Assembly: GCA_051294375.1 (NCBI GenBank)
Contig: CM119268.1
Coordinates: forward strand, 5,107,878-5,171,877
Length of the DNA stretch: 64,000 bases
DNA from: Paraspadella gotoi
Taxonomy: Eukaryota; Animalia; Chaetognatha
Direction of reading: 5' to 3'
Under the pieces are notes generated by a model. The model was not told where the DNA came from, searched no databases, and worked only from the letters and a program-made list of their open reading frames with translations. Below, piece by piece: positions 1-15,233 of the stretch. The stretch's first letter is position 1; each line of letters opens with the position of its first letter. Made by a program: the position numbers and the translations under genes.

Positions 1-479
1 CCAATGAACTAATTCAAAAAGTTTCATTGAAAATCGATTGAGTAGTAGAAGGAAAAATTTTTTTTGGAGAAAACTAAAAGTTATAAAAGCTGTTCAATTT
101 TGGCCCGCCTTATTGGGACATAATTGACTCATAATTGGAACATAATTGGCCATTGGGCCATTTTCTCCGACTTTGAAGCAATTGGTGATTCGTTTGTTCA
201 ACTCTGCGTGAAAGCCACAATCCAATCTCGTTGTAAGAAACAGAAATTCATCTTTTGTTTGTATATAATTTAATTTAATTAAATTTTTTTCCTTACATTT
301 ATTTGCCCTGGTTGAGGAAATGAGGCACCCGATCCTCTTGCGCTTTGTATCATTGTCAACGGGCTGCAGGCTGCAGGCGATAGGCTGCAGGCTTCACTGG
401 CTGCACCTCTTATACCCTCGGAGCATTCGATTTGATAAGGCCATGTTTTCCAAATGCTTGGGGTTCTCAATGGACGGCG

Positions 480-860
480 GTTTAGGGTTAAGGATTTGGG
501 GGTTAAGCGTTAGTGGTTAGGGGTTTAGGCCCGTTAGGCTTCAAAGGTTTGGTTATAGAATAGGTTATGAAACAAGATAAATAATTACATTACATATAGA
601 ATTCGATATAAACTAGTTATTAATTTTTGAAAAAAAGGGATTGGGGTTAAGGCTAAGGTTTAACCATTAGGGTTATTGGTTAGGGTTATTTGTTAGAAAT
701 ATTGGTTAGGGTTATTGGTTACGGTTAATGGTTAGGTATAGGAATTAGGAATAAGTAAGAAATACAATTTTGAAAGTTGAAGATAATCTTTTTAGGGTTT
801 GGGATTAGAATTTAAATTCGGTTAGTAATGAGGATTAAGGATGAGGATTAGGTATAAGGA
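480..860 (+). repeat. Degenerate TTAGGG-like tract
   Basis: Repeated GGTTAGGG/GGTTATTGG variants. Similar tracts occur at 28550-28625 (+) and 46810-46990 (-). Confidence 0.55.
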
Positions 861-3800
861 TTATAATTATAATTATAATTATAAAATCTGCCAGGTATGA
901 CATGACATGACATGAGGGAAAAATCGATTTCCGAGAAAAGAGACTTTCGTAGCAAACAATCAGGAGGCCATTAGCAGTGTGGGCGGAGAGAGTAGAGAGA
1001 GAGAGATTTTGATTTGCATTTGCATTTATTCTGCCTGGTGCAGTACGATGTTTGACAGAACATTGAAAACACACGATGTTATGCAATTCACGGGAGGATG
1101 TCGTGAACGTGTAGAGAGTCTTTCGTTACATGGAATATTTATGGCTACATACGAATTATGTAAAAAATATTAAGAACTTTTAATAACATCGATTAAAAAA
1201 TTTCACTTAAATTAAATAAAAACAACGGAAATGCGTAAATTAAAATAGAAAAATTTTTAATATATAGAGCATGAGAGGAGACGAGACGAGACGGAGACTG
1301 ATCGCGCAGATCAGCAGTGAGAGAGCAGGAGAGAGGAAGAGACGAGGAGAGAGAGGGAGATTATTATCCATGGGAGTAGGGAATTGGGCGAGAGAGCAGA
1401 CACGAGATAACGTCCCGAATATTATGACGATGTGAATGCAGGCGCGAGAGAATAGAGCACGAGAGAGAAAGGGAGGTGAGAGCAATAACCGCTGGTTGAG
1501 AAAGAAGATTAGATCAATGTGAGATATGGCGCGGTTAGATGTATGATGATGGTTAATGATCTGAGTGTGTATTGTGTCGATGATTGATTGCATTGATGAT
1601 CTGATGATGCATGATTGTGGCAAACAAAAAAAAATTGGTAATTGATGATTTTAATTTACGATGATTATGAGGATCTATTGACTCGTAAGAATTGATTGAT
1701 CGAAGATGATGATTGATGTTTGTTTATTCTGCATTGATGATCGGACCTCTGTGCATTTATGATATAGAATGAAGAAGTGATCGATAGCAGCATGTCATGT
1801 ATGAGTTGGAGTTTTCGAATAGATGTGTATCTGCAACATGACGAGATGATGATGACTCGACGGAAAAAAACGAAAAATTCGAACAAATGAGGGAACAACG
1901 AACGATGACGGCGACATTAACCATTCGACGGCTAGAAACTCGACGAAAACGTCGACGACGAGCGCATCGCACGACGACGCGCGCTAAGCTGCGCATGATG
2001 TTGTGAAATAGTCTGAGGAAATACGCGTAACATATATGGACGCCCGCGAGGCGCCAAGAAACTGAGCGCGTTCTCAATCGATGGAAGCAGCCATAAAAAT
2101 GGGCGACTAGAGAGAGAGAGAGAAAATGGAGAGAGGCGAGGAGGACTGACGAGGATAGAGAGGAGAGAGAGAGAGAAGATGTAAGAGAGAGATGCAGAGA
2201 GATGAAGAGCATTTGAATCGAAAGTAAGATGATAGCGGGCGCGAGAGGTAGAATGGGGCGCAAAAATACAGACTTTAAAATAAAAAAGAAAGAGAAAGAG
2301 GAGACACACTCACAGATAGTAGTCGTGCAGAGAGCGAGAGAGCAGAGAGAGAGAGGGAGAGAGAGAGAGAGAGAGAAGAGAGAGAAGAGGGAGACTGTTG
2401 TGAGAAGACGCAAGAGACAGGAGAATTGGAGAGAGAAGAGAGAGAGTAGAGAGCAGTATAGATGAGAGTAGTTAGTATATGATAGATGTAGATAGTTGCA
2501 TTAATGCTTTGCATTTTAGCGCGGAGAGGGAGAGGGTGCGAAAATTTCACTCAGGATGTGGAAGAAGTGAGAAAGGATAGAGTATAGTGAATAGAGATAA
2601 GTGAGAGACTCAGCGATCCTTATAAGTGATGAGGAGAGGATATCGTAGCCCTACGTGCGGAAGAGAGAGGAGACGAGGAGAGAGCGGGAGAGATGAGAAG
2701 GAGGTGTGCAGCATGTTAAGCAGATGAGAATTGATGAGCGGAATGGGTAGCAGGAGCAGATTCCGTTTCGACGCTTTCGCTCGCGCGCAGTGCGAGGAAG
2801 TTTTTATTGGGACCATACGCCAATGCTGGAAGAGAAAACAGTTTTTGTAAGTGCGATGAAGATGGATGGGGGACAAAGGATACTGGTAACGGGCGTTGTC
2901 GGGGTCATGGCCATGTGTAGCCAGAGAGCGGTTTATGGCCTGGTCGGGTCGGAAGAGAAGACGAGACGGGGTGGAGAGATGGAGGAGTGAAGGAGATGGA
3001 GTGAGGATGAGATGGTGAGGAGGGAAGAGATGGGAGGTATGGAAAAAGATTGGAGAGGAAGGATGGAGGGCGAGAGATGGGGGAGGAAGAGATGGAAGGA
3101 GGAAGAGATGGAGGGAGAAGAGGATGGAGGAGATAAGAAATGTGGGGAAAAAGATTGGGGAAGAGATTGGAAAGGGAAGGGATGGAGAGGGAAAGCAAGA
3201 TGATGGAGAGGGAAGGTCGGATGGGAGGAGGGAAATGATGGACGGAGGAAGGGATGGAGGGAGGAAAGAGACTGGCTGAAAATGGAGAAAGTATAGAAGA
3301 AATCCGGCGGAACGTAGTATAGGAATAAGACAGGGAGGAAGTATAGATGATTATATTAAGGGATAGAGATGTGGTTTAGATGATGGTTGGATGTAACTTA
3401 GTTAAGGAGATGCGTTAAAATAGCCAAGGGTGGTAGATGGTATCGTTTGGGACATGAGATGGTGGAGAAGAGTGATGGTGCGAATGCTGCCCAGGGGAGA
3501 GGGATGGTTTGTAGTAGAGAAGAGATGGGCCAAGGTAGATGGGCCTATAGATGGCGTGCAGTTGGTTAGTGATATGAGCGGTCGTTTCGAAATCGGGGCG
3601 TACACGCTGCTGGAATTGGGAGAGAGATGCGAGAGAGCGTAAGAGAGAGGATGAGGTAGAGTAGGGAATCTGGCGTGGGCCGAAGATAGGTATACTCCTT
3701 CGGTGGCTTGATTGAAGGATCTGTTCGGTGAAGTGGATGATGGAGTGATGATGATATATGGACGATGATGTGATTGACGACGCGCGGACGACGACGATCG

Positions 3801-5068
3801 ACGAAGACAGATGACTCCATTACTGCGAGTGATAATCTGAGATTTGTTTTCCTCGACTCGGTGCGAGTAAACATGAACAAAGAAGATATACTGTTCACGT
3901 CGATCGCATCTCAGGGTTTATCACGGGTGATGACAACGTAGGTCGTGATTTCGCTTGTAGGTATACTGCATTTTCGTCTGCCAAGTTTTTCATACGAGCT
4001 TGCTTGGGGCACATTTAGAACAAAGAAGACGATTACGAGGGTCGCGCTCAGAAAACCAAAATTGTGGTCTTGAGAGGGACTGCACATAGGGAGTCGTGCT
4101 TTTCATCAATTTTGAAGCGAATTCTGGTGATAAGTATGCTTACCTCGTTCATTGAGATAGGAGTGGTGAAATGGAGTACAGGAGTGAATACAACGAGACG
4201 ATGTGAGCGTGAAGTCGTTGGGTGAAAGCTTTGCGGGAACCTGCTTAGTGTCATAATGATCGTTGTAAGAGGGTTGATGGAGGCGCTTGAGAAACCTTCA
4301 AAGCGCCCTGTCCAAAGTGCTGCGGCGCGAAGATAGCTTATTTTTTAGAATGGTGGATGAATGCAGGTTTGTTGGTTGTACCAATTTTACAACTATTCTT
4401 TCTTCACCGAAAGTTCGCATCGACTTTCCTTTTCCACGCTGCTACCCCATCGTTTAGTTGGCCGAAGCCTGGGAATGTACAGTAGAGTTGGATTACCATC
4501 TCAAACTTTTTTAAACAGGAAACAAAAAGTGTAATCTCTCTCTTTTNNNNNNNNNNNNNNNNNNNNNNNNNTGATGATGATGATGATGATGATGATGATG
4601 GTAATGATGATAATAATGATTATGAGGATGACGATGATGATGAAGATGATGATGATGTTGATGATGATGTTGATGATGATGATGAAGAAGATGAAGATGA
4701 TGATGGTGATGATGATGATGAAGATGATGATGACGACGAAAAAACGAAATTCGAAAAGGACAACGACGATGACGACAACATCGACGGTAAAATCGACGAA
4801 AACGTCGACGACGACGACGACGACGACGCCAACTGCGATGATGTGAAAAGTGAAATACCGTAATAATGGGAACCGAGGGCCAAAAACTGAGGGTCTCAAT
4901 CGATGATAGATTAGATGAAAGATAGAATACGATAGATAGAATCGATAATAAATGAGCGGAGAGCGGAGAGGGTGCAAAATACAGGAGTGAAAAAATGAAA
5001 GGAAGAAGAGGCAGAAGAGGGAGAGACTCACACTAAAGTGAGAGAGAGAAGCTAGCGTAGCGAGAGAG

Positions 5069-5144
<76 letters not shown>

Positions 5145-5740
5145 GTTTCAACGGTTTCCGCCCGCGGTTTTATTGGCCTCCAATGGCGGAGAGAAAACAG
5201 TTTTGTAAGGAGAAAGATTGAGGGACAAAGGATAAGGTAAGGCTTTCGGGTCAGGCCATGTAGAGAAGCGTTTATGGCCTGGCGGTCGGCAGAGAAGACG
5301 AGACGGGGGAAGAGTGGAGGAGAGGAGATGGAGGAGAACGGTGGAGGGAGGAAGAGATGGAGGTAGAAAAAGATGGAGAGGAAGGGATGGGGGAGAAGGA
5401 TGGGGAGGAAGAGATGAAGGAGGAAGAGATGGAGGAGGAAGAGATGGAGGAGAAAAGAAATGGGGAAAAAGATGGGGAAGAGATGAAAAGCNNNNNNNNN
5501 NNNNNNNNNNNNNNNNGGAGCGCCATTAAAAAGGCTCGAACAGATAGATGAGATGCATGAGATGTGGACAGAGAGAGACGAGAGATTTCTGACAAAGGAG
5601 AGAGAGCAGAGAGATGAGAGCGAGATAAGTCTTAAACGTAGAGATGACAAAGTGGCGGAGAGGTGAGAAGGGGGCAAAATACAGACTTAAAAAAAAAAAA
5701 GAGAAAGAGAGACACACTCACAGAAGTAGCGTGCAAGAGA

Positions 5741-5785
<45 letters not shown>

Positions 5786-8700
5786 GAGCAGAGAAGAGCG
5801 GAGAGAGAAAGAGAGATGCACGAGGAGAGAGAGAGATATGATAGATAGATAGATTAGATTAATTTAGATTAATAGCATAGATAATACGGAGAGGGAGAGG
5901 GTGCAAAATACAGGAGTTGAAAAAGAAAGAGAGAAAGGAAAAGATAGACTCACACCAATAATGTGAGAGAGAATAGTTCGCGATGCTTGATGAGAGAGAT
6001 GAGAGAGAGAGATGATGTAGTAGATGACGAGAAGAGAGAGAGAGACGAGATATTGACGAGAGATGTAGAGGATGATGCAGAGACGATGCAGATGAGAGAG
6101 AGTAGATTACTTCTGTTTTCACGTTTCTCCACACGCCAGATATTGTCTTGATTAGGTCCTCCTAATGCTGGAGATGAAAACAGTTGTTTAAGGAGAAGAT
6201 GAGACAAGGAACGGTAAGGCTTTCGGGGTCAGGCCATTGTTAGAGAAGTGAGGCGTTTTTGCCTAGTTTCGGCTTCGGAGGGAGAAGACGAGTACGCAGG
6301 GGAAAGAGATGAGTATGGGAGATGAGATTTGGTTAGGAGGAAAGAGGGTATATATTTGTATGGAGTGTGTTAGACAATCAATTATGCTGAAGCAGGTAAT
6401 GGAGTGGAGAAAAGAAAGACGGTTTGCCGTTATGTTGATACATTAAAGAGTTAATGTAGTGGAATTTACTATGGATGGTATGGTACAATTGGGAAAAAGA
6501 AGGTAAGCAAGTATCATAGAGATATTGTTGTGTGGTGAAAAAGATGGGAAAGAGAGTGATAACTCAAGTAAGTGCGTATTGGAGTTTTAGCAAGAGAGAA
6601 GAAAAATGAGTGACGAGAAGGTTTATGGTGCATAGGAGGGAAAAGTGATTGGTAAGGATGTATGAATGAGCAGATAGTAGATGTGTGTGAATTAATCGTG
6701 TGTATGAGAGTGAAGATAAGGAAGAGTAACCTAAGCTATAGACAATTAAGACAGAGAGATTAAAGAAAGAGAAAAGATATGAATATTATTAGTAAAAGAG
6801 GAATAGAGGAATGCAGTTAAGAAAAGATTGGTAAAAGTGAGAAACTTAGGAAAATTAGTAGTATTGCTTTGTGATAACAATTTAATAGCGAATAAAGATA
6901 TCTATCTTAATAGACAGAACCTAGTGTTTTTTGCGAAAGAGTATTGGGCGAGATTGCCCAGGGAAGAGATTTGGGAAGAATCACCCAAATTGGCAATTAG
7001 ATTGGGCTATATGATTGAAGCGACCCTCCAGATGTATGGTATAAATTACTGCAGATCGAGTTACGTCTTAACTCGTGTTTGGCTACACTACTGCTCTCGA
7101 TTTTTCATTGTTGGAAATATCGGAGACGAGATTATTTCCGGGTAGAGTTTGCTAGAAAATGTGATTTTACTCTCTGAGAGAGAGAGAGATGTAGGAGTGA
7201 CGATATAGAGTGCGTGGATTAAGAAGCGCGAAGAAGGGGAAACTCGTTTTGTTGTTATGTTATTAGAGAAAGTCTTCGTTATCTCTTTTGGAAATATCGT
7301 CTGCCGCCTGTATTTAACGTTTTTATCACTTTTTACTTAGAAAATCCGCTTTATCGGTGTTTTTTTTTATATTTTTTGTACACTTGCCGCAAAGGTAGAA
7401 TGGATGACTGAGTATTTGATGATTTATTGGCACGCATGTATTGTGAAGATTTTGATGTCTCTGTGACACAGATCTCTACTCAGTTCTGACACGAATGATC
7501 TCTCACACTAGTACTCGCACAATCAGAAAGTATACCTGTAAATTTGCGTTTTTTCGACTTACTCTCTCTCTCGTTTTGGTTCACTCTAAGTATAAACAGA
7601 ACAAAACATTAATTAACTGTTCTCGCTCGCGCTAATGTGTTAACACAACGTAAGTACCAACGGTATTTCTGTGATTACCTTCTTTAACGTTTAACTACTG
7701 CATTCTCTGTTCCAATAGTTCATCAAACGAGGTGTACTGATGGGAGACACATATCAAAAACTACTGATCTCTCTTCAAGGAAGGGATGGAGGGGAAGAGA
7801 TGGAGAGGAAGGGATGGAGGAGGAAAAGATGGAGGAGGAAGGGATGGAGGAGGAAGAGATGTGAAAATGGAGAAAGATAAGGGAACCTATATAGGAATAG
7901 ACAGGGAGGAATATATATTATATAAGGGATAGAGATGGGTTAGAGATGGTGAGAACTTAGAAGAGATGGCGTTAAATAGCAAAGGAATACTTGGGACAGA
8001 GATGGTGGAAAGAGATGGGCGAATGCCCAGGGGAAGAGATGGGAAAAAGAGATGGGCCAATAGATGGGCCTATAGATGGGTGCAGGTGAATGACGTCGTT
8101 TCGAAATCGGGGGCTACACCGCTGGAATGGGAGAGAGAGAGAGAGCGAGAGAGAGAGAGAGAGAGGGAAATCTCGTTGGGCGAAGAAGGAAACCGGTGAT
8201 TGAAGAGATCTGTCGGTGATGGATGATGATGATGATGATAATGACGATGATGAAGATGATGACGACGACGACGACGACGACGACGAAGACGATGACGCCA
8301 TCGAGTATAACCGTGAAGATGTTTCTCGACTCGGTTGCGAGATAAACAGAACAAAAAAATTAACTGTTCACTCGATCGCATCTCAGGTTATCACGTGATA
8401 CAACGAGTCGTGATTCGCTTTATATACTGCATTTCTCTGCCAAGTTTCATACGAGTTCTTGGGGCATTTAAACAAGAAAACGATACAGGGTCGCGCTCGA
8501 AAACAAAATTTTGTCTTGGAGACTCACATAAGGGAGTCGTCTTTTCATACAATTGAAGCATTCTTTGAAATATCTTACCTCTTCATTGAAAGGGAAATAC
8601 CATGGGAGTGAATAAACGAGACTGTGAGAGAGTCTTGATTGGAAAGCTTGCAGGACCTGCTATGTCATTATCTTGTAAGAGTGGATGGACGCCTTAAACC

Positions 8701-9076
8701 TTCAAAGCCTGTCCAAAGTCCGGGGCAAGATAGCTTATTTATTTAATGAATGGAATAATCAGTTTGTTGTTGTACCAATTTTACAACTATTCTTTCTTCA
8801 CCGAAGTCGCATCGACTTTCCTTCCACGCTGCTACACCCATCTTAGTTGGCGAAGCGAGGATGTACAAGTTTACAGGTACTTGTATTACATTAAACTAGT
8901 TTAAAAGAAACAAAAAGTTTGTTAAAAAGGCTGAAGAGTTTCTAAGTGCAACTTCTTTTACCACCGAGCAGGCACGGAACGAGTCCAGCGATTGGATCAG
9001 GGTGAAGATTCGGTTTTAATGGCGTCCTCACACTTCCCGTACCTTGTAGTCATGAACTGATGGTATTACTCAATAG

Positions 9077-10681
9077 TAAAGCGTAGTAAAAATTTTAAAT
9101 TTTAAAATAAATTTTACATTACGCAGTAGGCCATATATATATACTATTACTAATCCAATAAAATGTTAAATTTCAAAATAGTTTTTTGTAAGATTTTTTA
9201 CATATTTGGATTCGTCATGAAAGTTGATATAAGAAATATAACTTTTTAAAAAATTCTTTCCTTAAGTTGAATCAAATATAGTGGTCTTATTTCATTAAGC
9301 ATTATTAGATTATAATAAGCTAATCTTGCCTCTGTAAGAAATATTTTCGCACGTTCACATTGACTTGAGTCTAGTTATCTCATGGGCCTTTGCACATAAA
9401 CGGAGTCCTGCTGAAAGCAGTCTATTCGATTAAAGCTTGCAGACCTAGCCTAGATGTCTCTGGATTATTCTATGTAAGAGTTGAGATTGCCAGAATCCAA
9501 TGTAACCTACTTCAATAGCCATGCTACGATCGTTAAGTTCATTCAAGTCCCAGGCAAGAGTAGCCTGGTGCTTCCTCATATAAAACTGAAATGGATAAAT
9601 TTTTTATTATTGGTAATGTATGAAGTTTAACATATTTCAATTGCGCATCCGTGTATTTTGTATGCGTAATAAGTGACGAGCTCCCTTAGATGATCCAAGT
9701 AAGTATTCCTAGATCGGGGAACCTGATCTTATCAATGATACTTAAGGGCATCGTGGTTCTTTCTGCCACATCACTAATTGAAACATTCATATTAGAACAA
9801 TCAAATAATATACCACTCTACAATGAAGTAGGGAAGCTCACGTACTCTGAGAAGGTGAAAATAAAACGAGTCCTGTGCACCAAGAGCTTGATTGAAAAGC
9901 TTGCAGGGGACCCTGCTATTGTCATTAATCTTGTAAGAGTGATGGAGGCCTTAACCACCAAGCCTGTCCAAAGTCAGGGGCAAGATAGCTTATTTATTTA
10001 AATGAATGGATAATTTTTTATTGGTTGTTACCCAATTTCATAAATTCACTCCTTGTTATTTTGATGCTTAGTGCGGGTACAATAGTATTTCCCCGATCTA
10101 ATACTTAAGGGAGTGGTCTTTTTAACATTGAAACATTTCTTTGGAATATTTTCACTTCATGTAGGGAAAGCCAGGTACTCTGCGGAGTATTAATAACGAC
10201 GTCTGCTGAAGAGTCTTTGATTGAAGTTGCAGGGACCTGCCTATGTCATTATTTGTAAGAGTGATGGAGGCCCTTTAAACCTACCAAAGCCCTGTCCAAG
10301 TCTCAGGGCAAGATAGCTTATTATTAATATGAATGGATAATTTTTATATTGGTTGTACCAATTTCATATTAAAAACTATATTTAATAATAAAAATTAAAT
10401 TTTATTTAATAAATATAGCTTTTTTAAAATTTTTGACCCACTTAATGAAAATTTTTTTAAAAATGATTATATTTTCTTTTTATCGACTTTTGATGAGAAT
10501 CAAATCTGCAAATCAAAATCTTAGAAAAAACTGTTTTGATTAAGGATAGTACGTATTCTATAATATAGCCACTGCAAAATTTAAGACATAAAATTATTTT
10601 TTTTTTACAATTAATGTTCATGATTGGTTGTTGTTCAAACATTGACATTAGATTTTCGATGTAAACTTTCACTATGCTCTA
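9077..10681. mobile_element. Non-autonomous hAT-type element carrying an internal ~320-bp tandem array
   Basis: Perfect 8-bp TSD CTCAATAG (9069-9076 and 10682-10689). Imperfect TIR: TAAAGCGTAGTAAAA at left; the right end reverse-complements to TAGAGCATAGTGAAA. Subterminal inverted repeats are present; no transposase ORF. Confidence 0.8.
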
Positions 10682-11310
10682 CTCAATAGGCCACCGGGGT
10701 CACGACTGAAGGTGTCATGCTTGTCGGCTCGGCGGTCGCAAAGCTACAAGTGAGGACACTCGCATGGAGACAAGCAAACGAAGAACGAAAACGAAAACGA
10801 AACAAAAAATCTGAAGGTCTCGCGTTTAACAACGTAACATCGTCAGGCGTAACGCGTCTTTGTCACCGCGTTCGCTGCTTATTTTCCGTCGCCTTTATGG
10901 TTAATTATGATTTATGGGTTTAAAACTCGTAAAAACATGACTATTTTAAATCAAAAAAGAAGCAAACTTCATTGTTTATTTACGAGAAAAGACATCGTCA
11001 TCTTATCTTCTTCGTTTCGTCTTCGTCGTCGCGTCGTCGTCGTCGGATGTTCGTCGTCGTCGTCATCGTCGTCATCCTTAATATCCTTCGTGACATTGCG
11101 TTGCATTTTTGTCATCGTCTGTTCATTCATGCTTTCATCTATTTCGTCGCTGACAAGGACGTTGATTCTTTCGTTCTTCCAGATGATCATCAAATTCGTT
11201 ACTCAATGTGAATTTTAAAGTCTTTCAAAGTCGTCGTCGTTTACGTAGCCTTAAATTAGAACCTTTCGATCTCTGGACTCTCTCTATCTCTCTCTCTCCT
11301 CTCTCTCTCG

Positions 11311-11355
<45 letters not shown>

Positions 11356-11552
11356 CCCTCTCTCTCTCTCTCTCTTTCCCTTTTCCCTCTCCCTCTCCCT
11401 CTCTCTCTCTCTCAGACGTCGTTTCCAATTAATTTTCTCGCTTCATCGCGAAGGGAGAAGAGGAGGAAAGAGTGAGGGGCCTACGTGTTAAATAAAGCTC
11501 CCTTAATTTGATTTAATTTGTTTGTTTCTGGTGAAAAACCGATTTCCGAGGT

Positions 11553-11606
<54 letters not shown>

Positions 11607-12675
11607 TGTTGATTATTTCGCAGTTGGAGAGCTGAAACGGAAAACAGGAGATGCCAAAACAGGCGCTAGAGTCTGGAGGGATTTTTATAAAAATAATCAT
11701 AACAATTCAGAGACATTTTTTTTTGAGAGGAAGGAAATCAGAGAGAGAGCAGAGAGAGGAGAGGTGAGAGAGAGAGAAAGAGAGAGCAGGAGGGGGAGGA
11801 GAGCAGAGAAAATTATCGTGATATAATCACTAGATAATAATTATTATAATAAATATTCTGAAAAAATTTTAAAAAAACGATTAGGCGTTGAGCGTAAATT
11901 ATCGATAATACTGATAATAATAATTGGGCAATTTGGAAAGATAGATTGAAAGGTACAAACAAAGAATCGCATATGCGTAGCTATGTACAAATACGGCGAA
12001 ATGATAGCATAATCGAAACTAGTATGGATCTGGTAAAATGTAGATGGCATCTGATATAAGCTAAGAATGGGCGTTCTGGTTCAGACCTAAAATCCATTAG
12101 CTGACTATTTTAGTCGGACCTTTGACAAATAACCAATCTCTACCAAACATGAGACAGTATCTCAAGAATAAAAAGATTACTTCAGTGAAAGCTACAATAC
12201 ATCGCAATGTAATATTTTGAATTAAATTAGAAAACTAAATCAAAAACTAAAACCCAATTAACCTATTGCTAAAATAGCTAAAAAAATTCTGTTGACAACC
12301 TTGTTAAAAGATATGAGAAATTATCTGACATTGTTGAAANNNNNNNNNNNNNNNNNNNNNNNNNGTTGGTTGTACCAATTTTACAACTATTCTTTCTTCA
12401 CCGAAGTCGCATCGACTTTCCTTCCACGCTGCTACCCCATCTTAGTTGGCGAAGCGAGGATGTACAAGTTTACAGGTACTTGTATTACATTAAACTAGTT
12501 TAAAAGAAACAAAAAGTTTGTTAAAAAGGCTGAAGAGTTCTAAGTGCAACTTCTTTTACCACTCGAGCAGGCACGGAACGAGTCCAGCGATTGGAATCAG
12601 GCTGAAGATTCGGTTTAATGGCGTCCTCATACTTCCCGTACCTTGTAGTCATGAACTGATGGTATTACTCAATAG

Positions 12676-15233
12676 TAAAGCGTAGTAAAAATTTTAAATT
12701 TTAAAATAAATTTTACATTACCAGGCTCAGTGCCACAGTTATACTATCTCGACTTATTACTTAATCCAAATACAATGTTACAATGTCAAGAATAGTTTTT
12801 TGTAAGATTTTCTTTACATATTTGAGTTCGTCATGAAAAGTTGGATATAAGAAATATAACTTTTTTAAAAAATTGCTTTCGCCTTAGCGTTGAATCATAA
12901 TTATAGTGGTCTTTTTCTCATAGCAATTGAACCTTCTTTGAAACTGATTTTATCCACTTCAGTTGCATAGCGGAGGCCAGCGTACTGCCTGGGAGGTGAT
13001 ATAACGATGTCTGTGTAAACGAGTCTATTCTGAATTGAACTTGCAGGACCTTGCGATATGTCATTATCTTGTAAGAGAGTGATGGAGCCTTAAACCACCC
13101 AAAGCCTGTCCACAACGCTCAGGGGCAAGATAGCCATTATTTATTAACATGAAATGGATACTTGATTTTTACTATATCGGCTGTGTATCCCCAATTTCAT
13201 AAAATTCCCAGCTCCTTGTATTTTTGATGCTAGTGCGCCGCAGCTTATACAATAAGTACGTTCCCGCGGATCTGCATTACTCTAATGGGAGTAGGTCTGC
13301 TTTTCATACCAACCTTGAACACTTCCTTTCGATATATATTTCTCCACTTTCATTGATAGGGTAAGTCCATGGGTACTCGTGGGTGACTGGTTGAATAAAC
13401 GAGTCTGGTGATGCATAGACGTGCGAGATGTCTTGACTGTGAAAGCATTTGCAGGGGACCTGCCATATCGTCTATTATCTTTGTCATAAGAGTAGATGGA
13501 GGCTCCCTGTACCAACCACACAAAGCCTTTGTCGCAGAAACGTTCGACGGGGCAAGATAAGCTTAATTTATTAAGACTGAAGTGGATATTATTTAGTATT
13601 GCGTCCTGTACCCTAAACTTCAGTAAAGTCGCTCCTGTTATTTGATCGCTAGCCTGCGGCCAGCTACAATAATAGTATTCCGCTCCGATCTGAACTACCC
13701 TTATCAGGATGTCGGTCTTTTCATAGGGGAAGCCAGGGTACTCTGGGGAGTCATAACCGCGTTCTGTGAAAGGTAGTGCTTGCACTGAAAGCTTTGCAGG
13801 GGCGACCTGCCTTCATAGGTCATTAGTCTTGTAGAGTGATGGAGCGGCCTTTAAACCACTCAAGCCTGCGTCCATATCAATCCAGGGTGCCAATGATAGT
13901 GCGAGGCGGCGTTATGTTAGTTAGAATGAAGGATAGGATTCTTTGACTATTAGGTGTTTACCAATATGTGTCTATAATAAATTGCGAGCTCCTTGTGTGA
14001 TGTTGGATTGTGCCTACGGGTGCGCGCTACGCTACGATACTTAACGTAGTCGCGCGACTCTTAAATAGCTCTAAGGGATGGTCTCGTTGATTACGAAGTT
14101 TGACGAGCATCGTATGTCTTTGAAATCTTTTCATCTGTATTTCATTGATTAGGGTGACAGCCAGCGCGCGGTACTCGCTGCGGACGGTGAATAAACAGTC
14201 TGTGAAAGAAGTAGTCGGTGATTGGAAAGCGTGCGAGCGACCTGTGCTATCTTCATGTATCGTTGGGAGAGTGATGGAGGCCTTTAAACCACCAAAGCCT
14301 GCTGCGCAAGAAGGGTCGCAGGGGCGAGAATAGCTGAGTAATTCTTATTAATCGGAGATGGGAAATTTTTATATTGTTGTACCAATTTCATAAAATTCAG
14401 CTCCTTGTATTTGTTGATGCCTACGTGCGGAGTAGCAGAGTAGAGTCATTCGCCGATCTGAATACTTAAGGGTGGTGTCTTTTCAAGCAGATTGGAAACA
14501 TTGTCTTGAAATATTTCGCACTGTCAGTTTGATAGGGAAGTGACCAAGGAGTACTGTGCTGGGCTGGAGTGGATATCGAAACTGATGAGGCTTCTGTGTG
14601 ATAGAGAGGTTCGTTCTCGATTGAATAGCTGTCCTGCAGGGACCTGCCCTACATGTTGTGCTTGTCAGAGTCTTGCTGTAACAGCAGGTCGCTGCGTATG
14701 GCCGATACGGCCGGCCTTACCCGCTGCTTAAACTCACGGCAGAAGCCGCGCGTGTGCCAAACGTTCGCGGGAGGGGCAAGATAGCCCCTATTTATTAAAT
14801 GGGAGAGTGGGAGTAATTGTTTATATTGGTTGTACATGATTTCATATAGAAGTAATCAGAGCTTAGTAGTTTTAAAGCTGCGAAAATTGGAGACATATTT
14901 ATTATACCCTAGATATAGTTGTTTTAAGATGTTAAGCCCAGCGTAATGAATCATAATTTGTAAGAACAGAAGAGTGATTGATTATATACTTTTGCTTTTC
15001 GACTTTTGACGACGGGAAATCAAAATGCGTGCACCTCAAGGAGTTAAGATAAACGAAAAGTCGTAGTTCTCTGAGAAGCGGATGATGCAGTGGACTTTGG
15101 ATAAATGATAGTGCCTAGTCTGCAAAAATTTAAGAACATAAAATTATTTTTTTTTACAAATTAATGTTCAATGATGGTATGTTGTTCAAAATTGACATTT
15201 AGAATTTTCGTATGTAACTTTCACTATGCTCTA
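12676..15233. mobile_element. Second copy of the same hAT-type insertion (about 5 array units)
   Basis: Same TSD CTCAATAG, same TIRs and same flanks as 9077-10681. Confidence 0.78.

Noticed and set aside
480-860. True telomere
   Set aside because: Highly degenerate and short. Similar tracts occur internally on both strands, so these are interstitial or repeat-derived.
9300-14850. ~320-bp array or 55-60-bp minisatellites as CRISPR arrays or coding repeats
   Set aside because: Whole units repeat with no unique spacers, there are no cas genes, the context is eukaryotic, and the frames I translated from the unit consensus contain stops.
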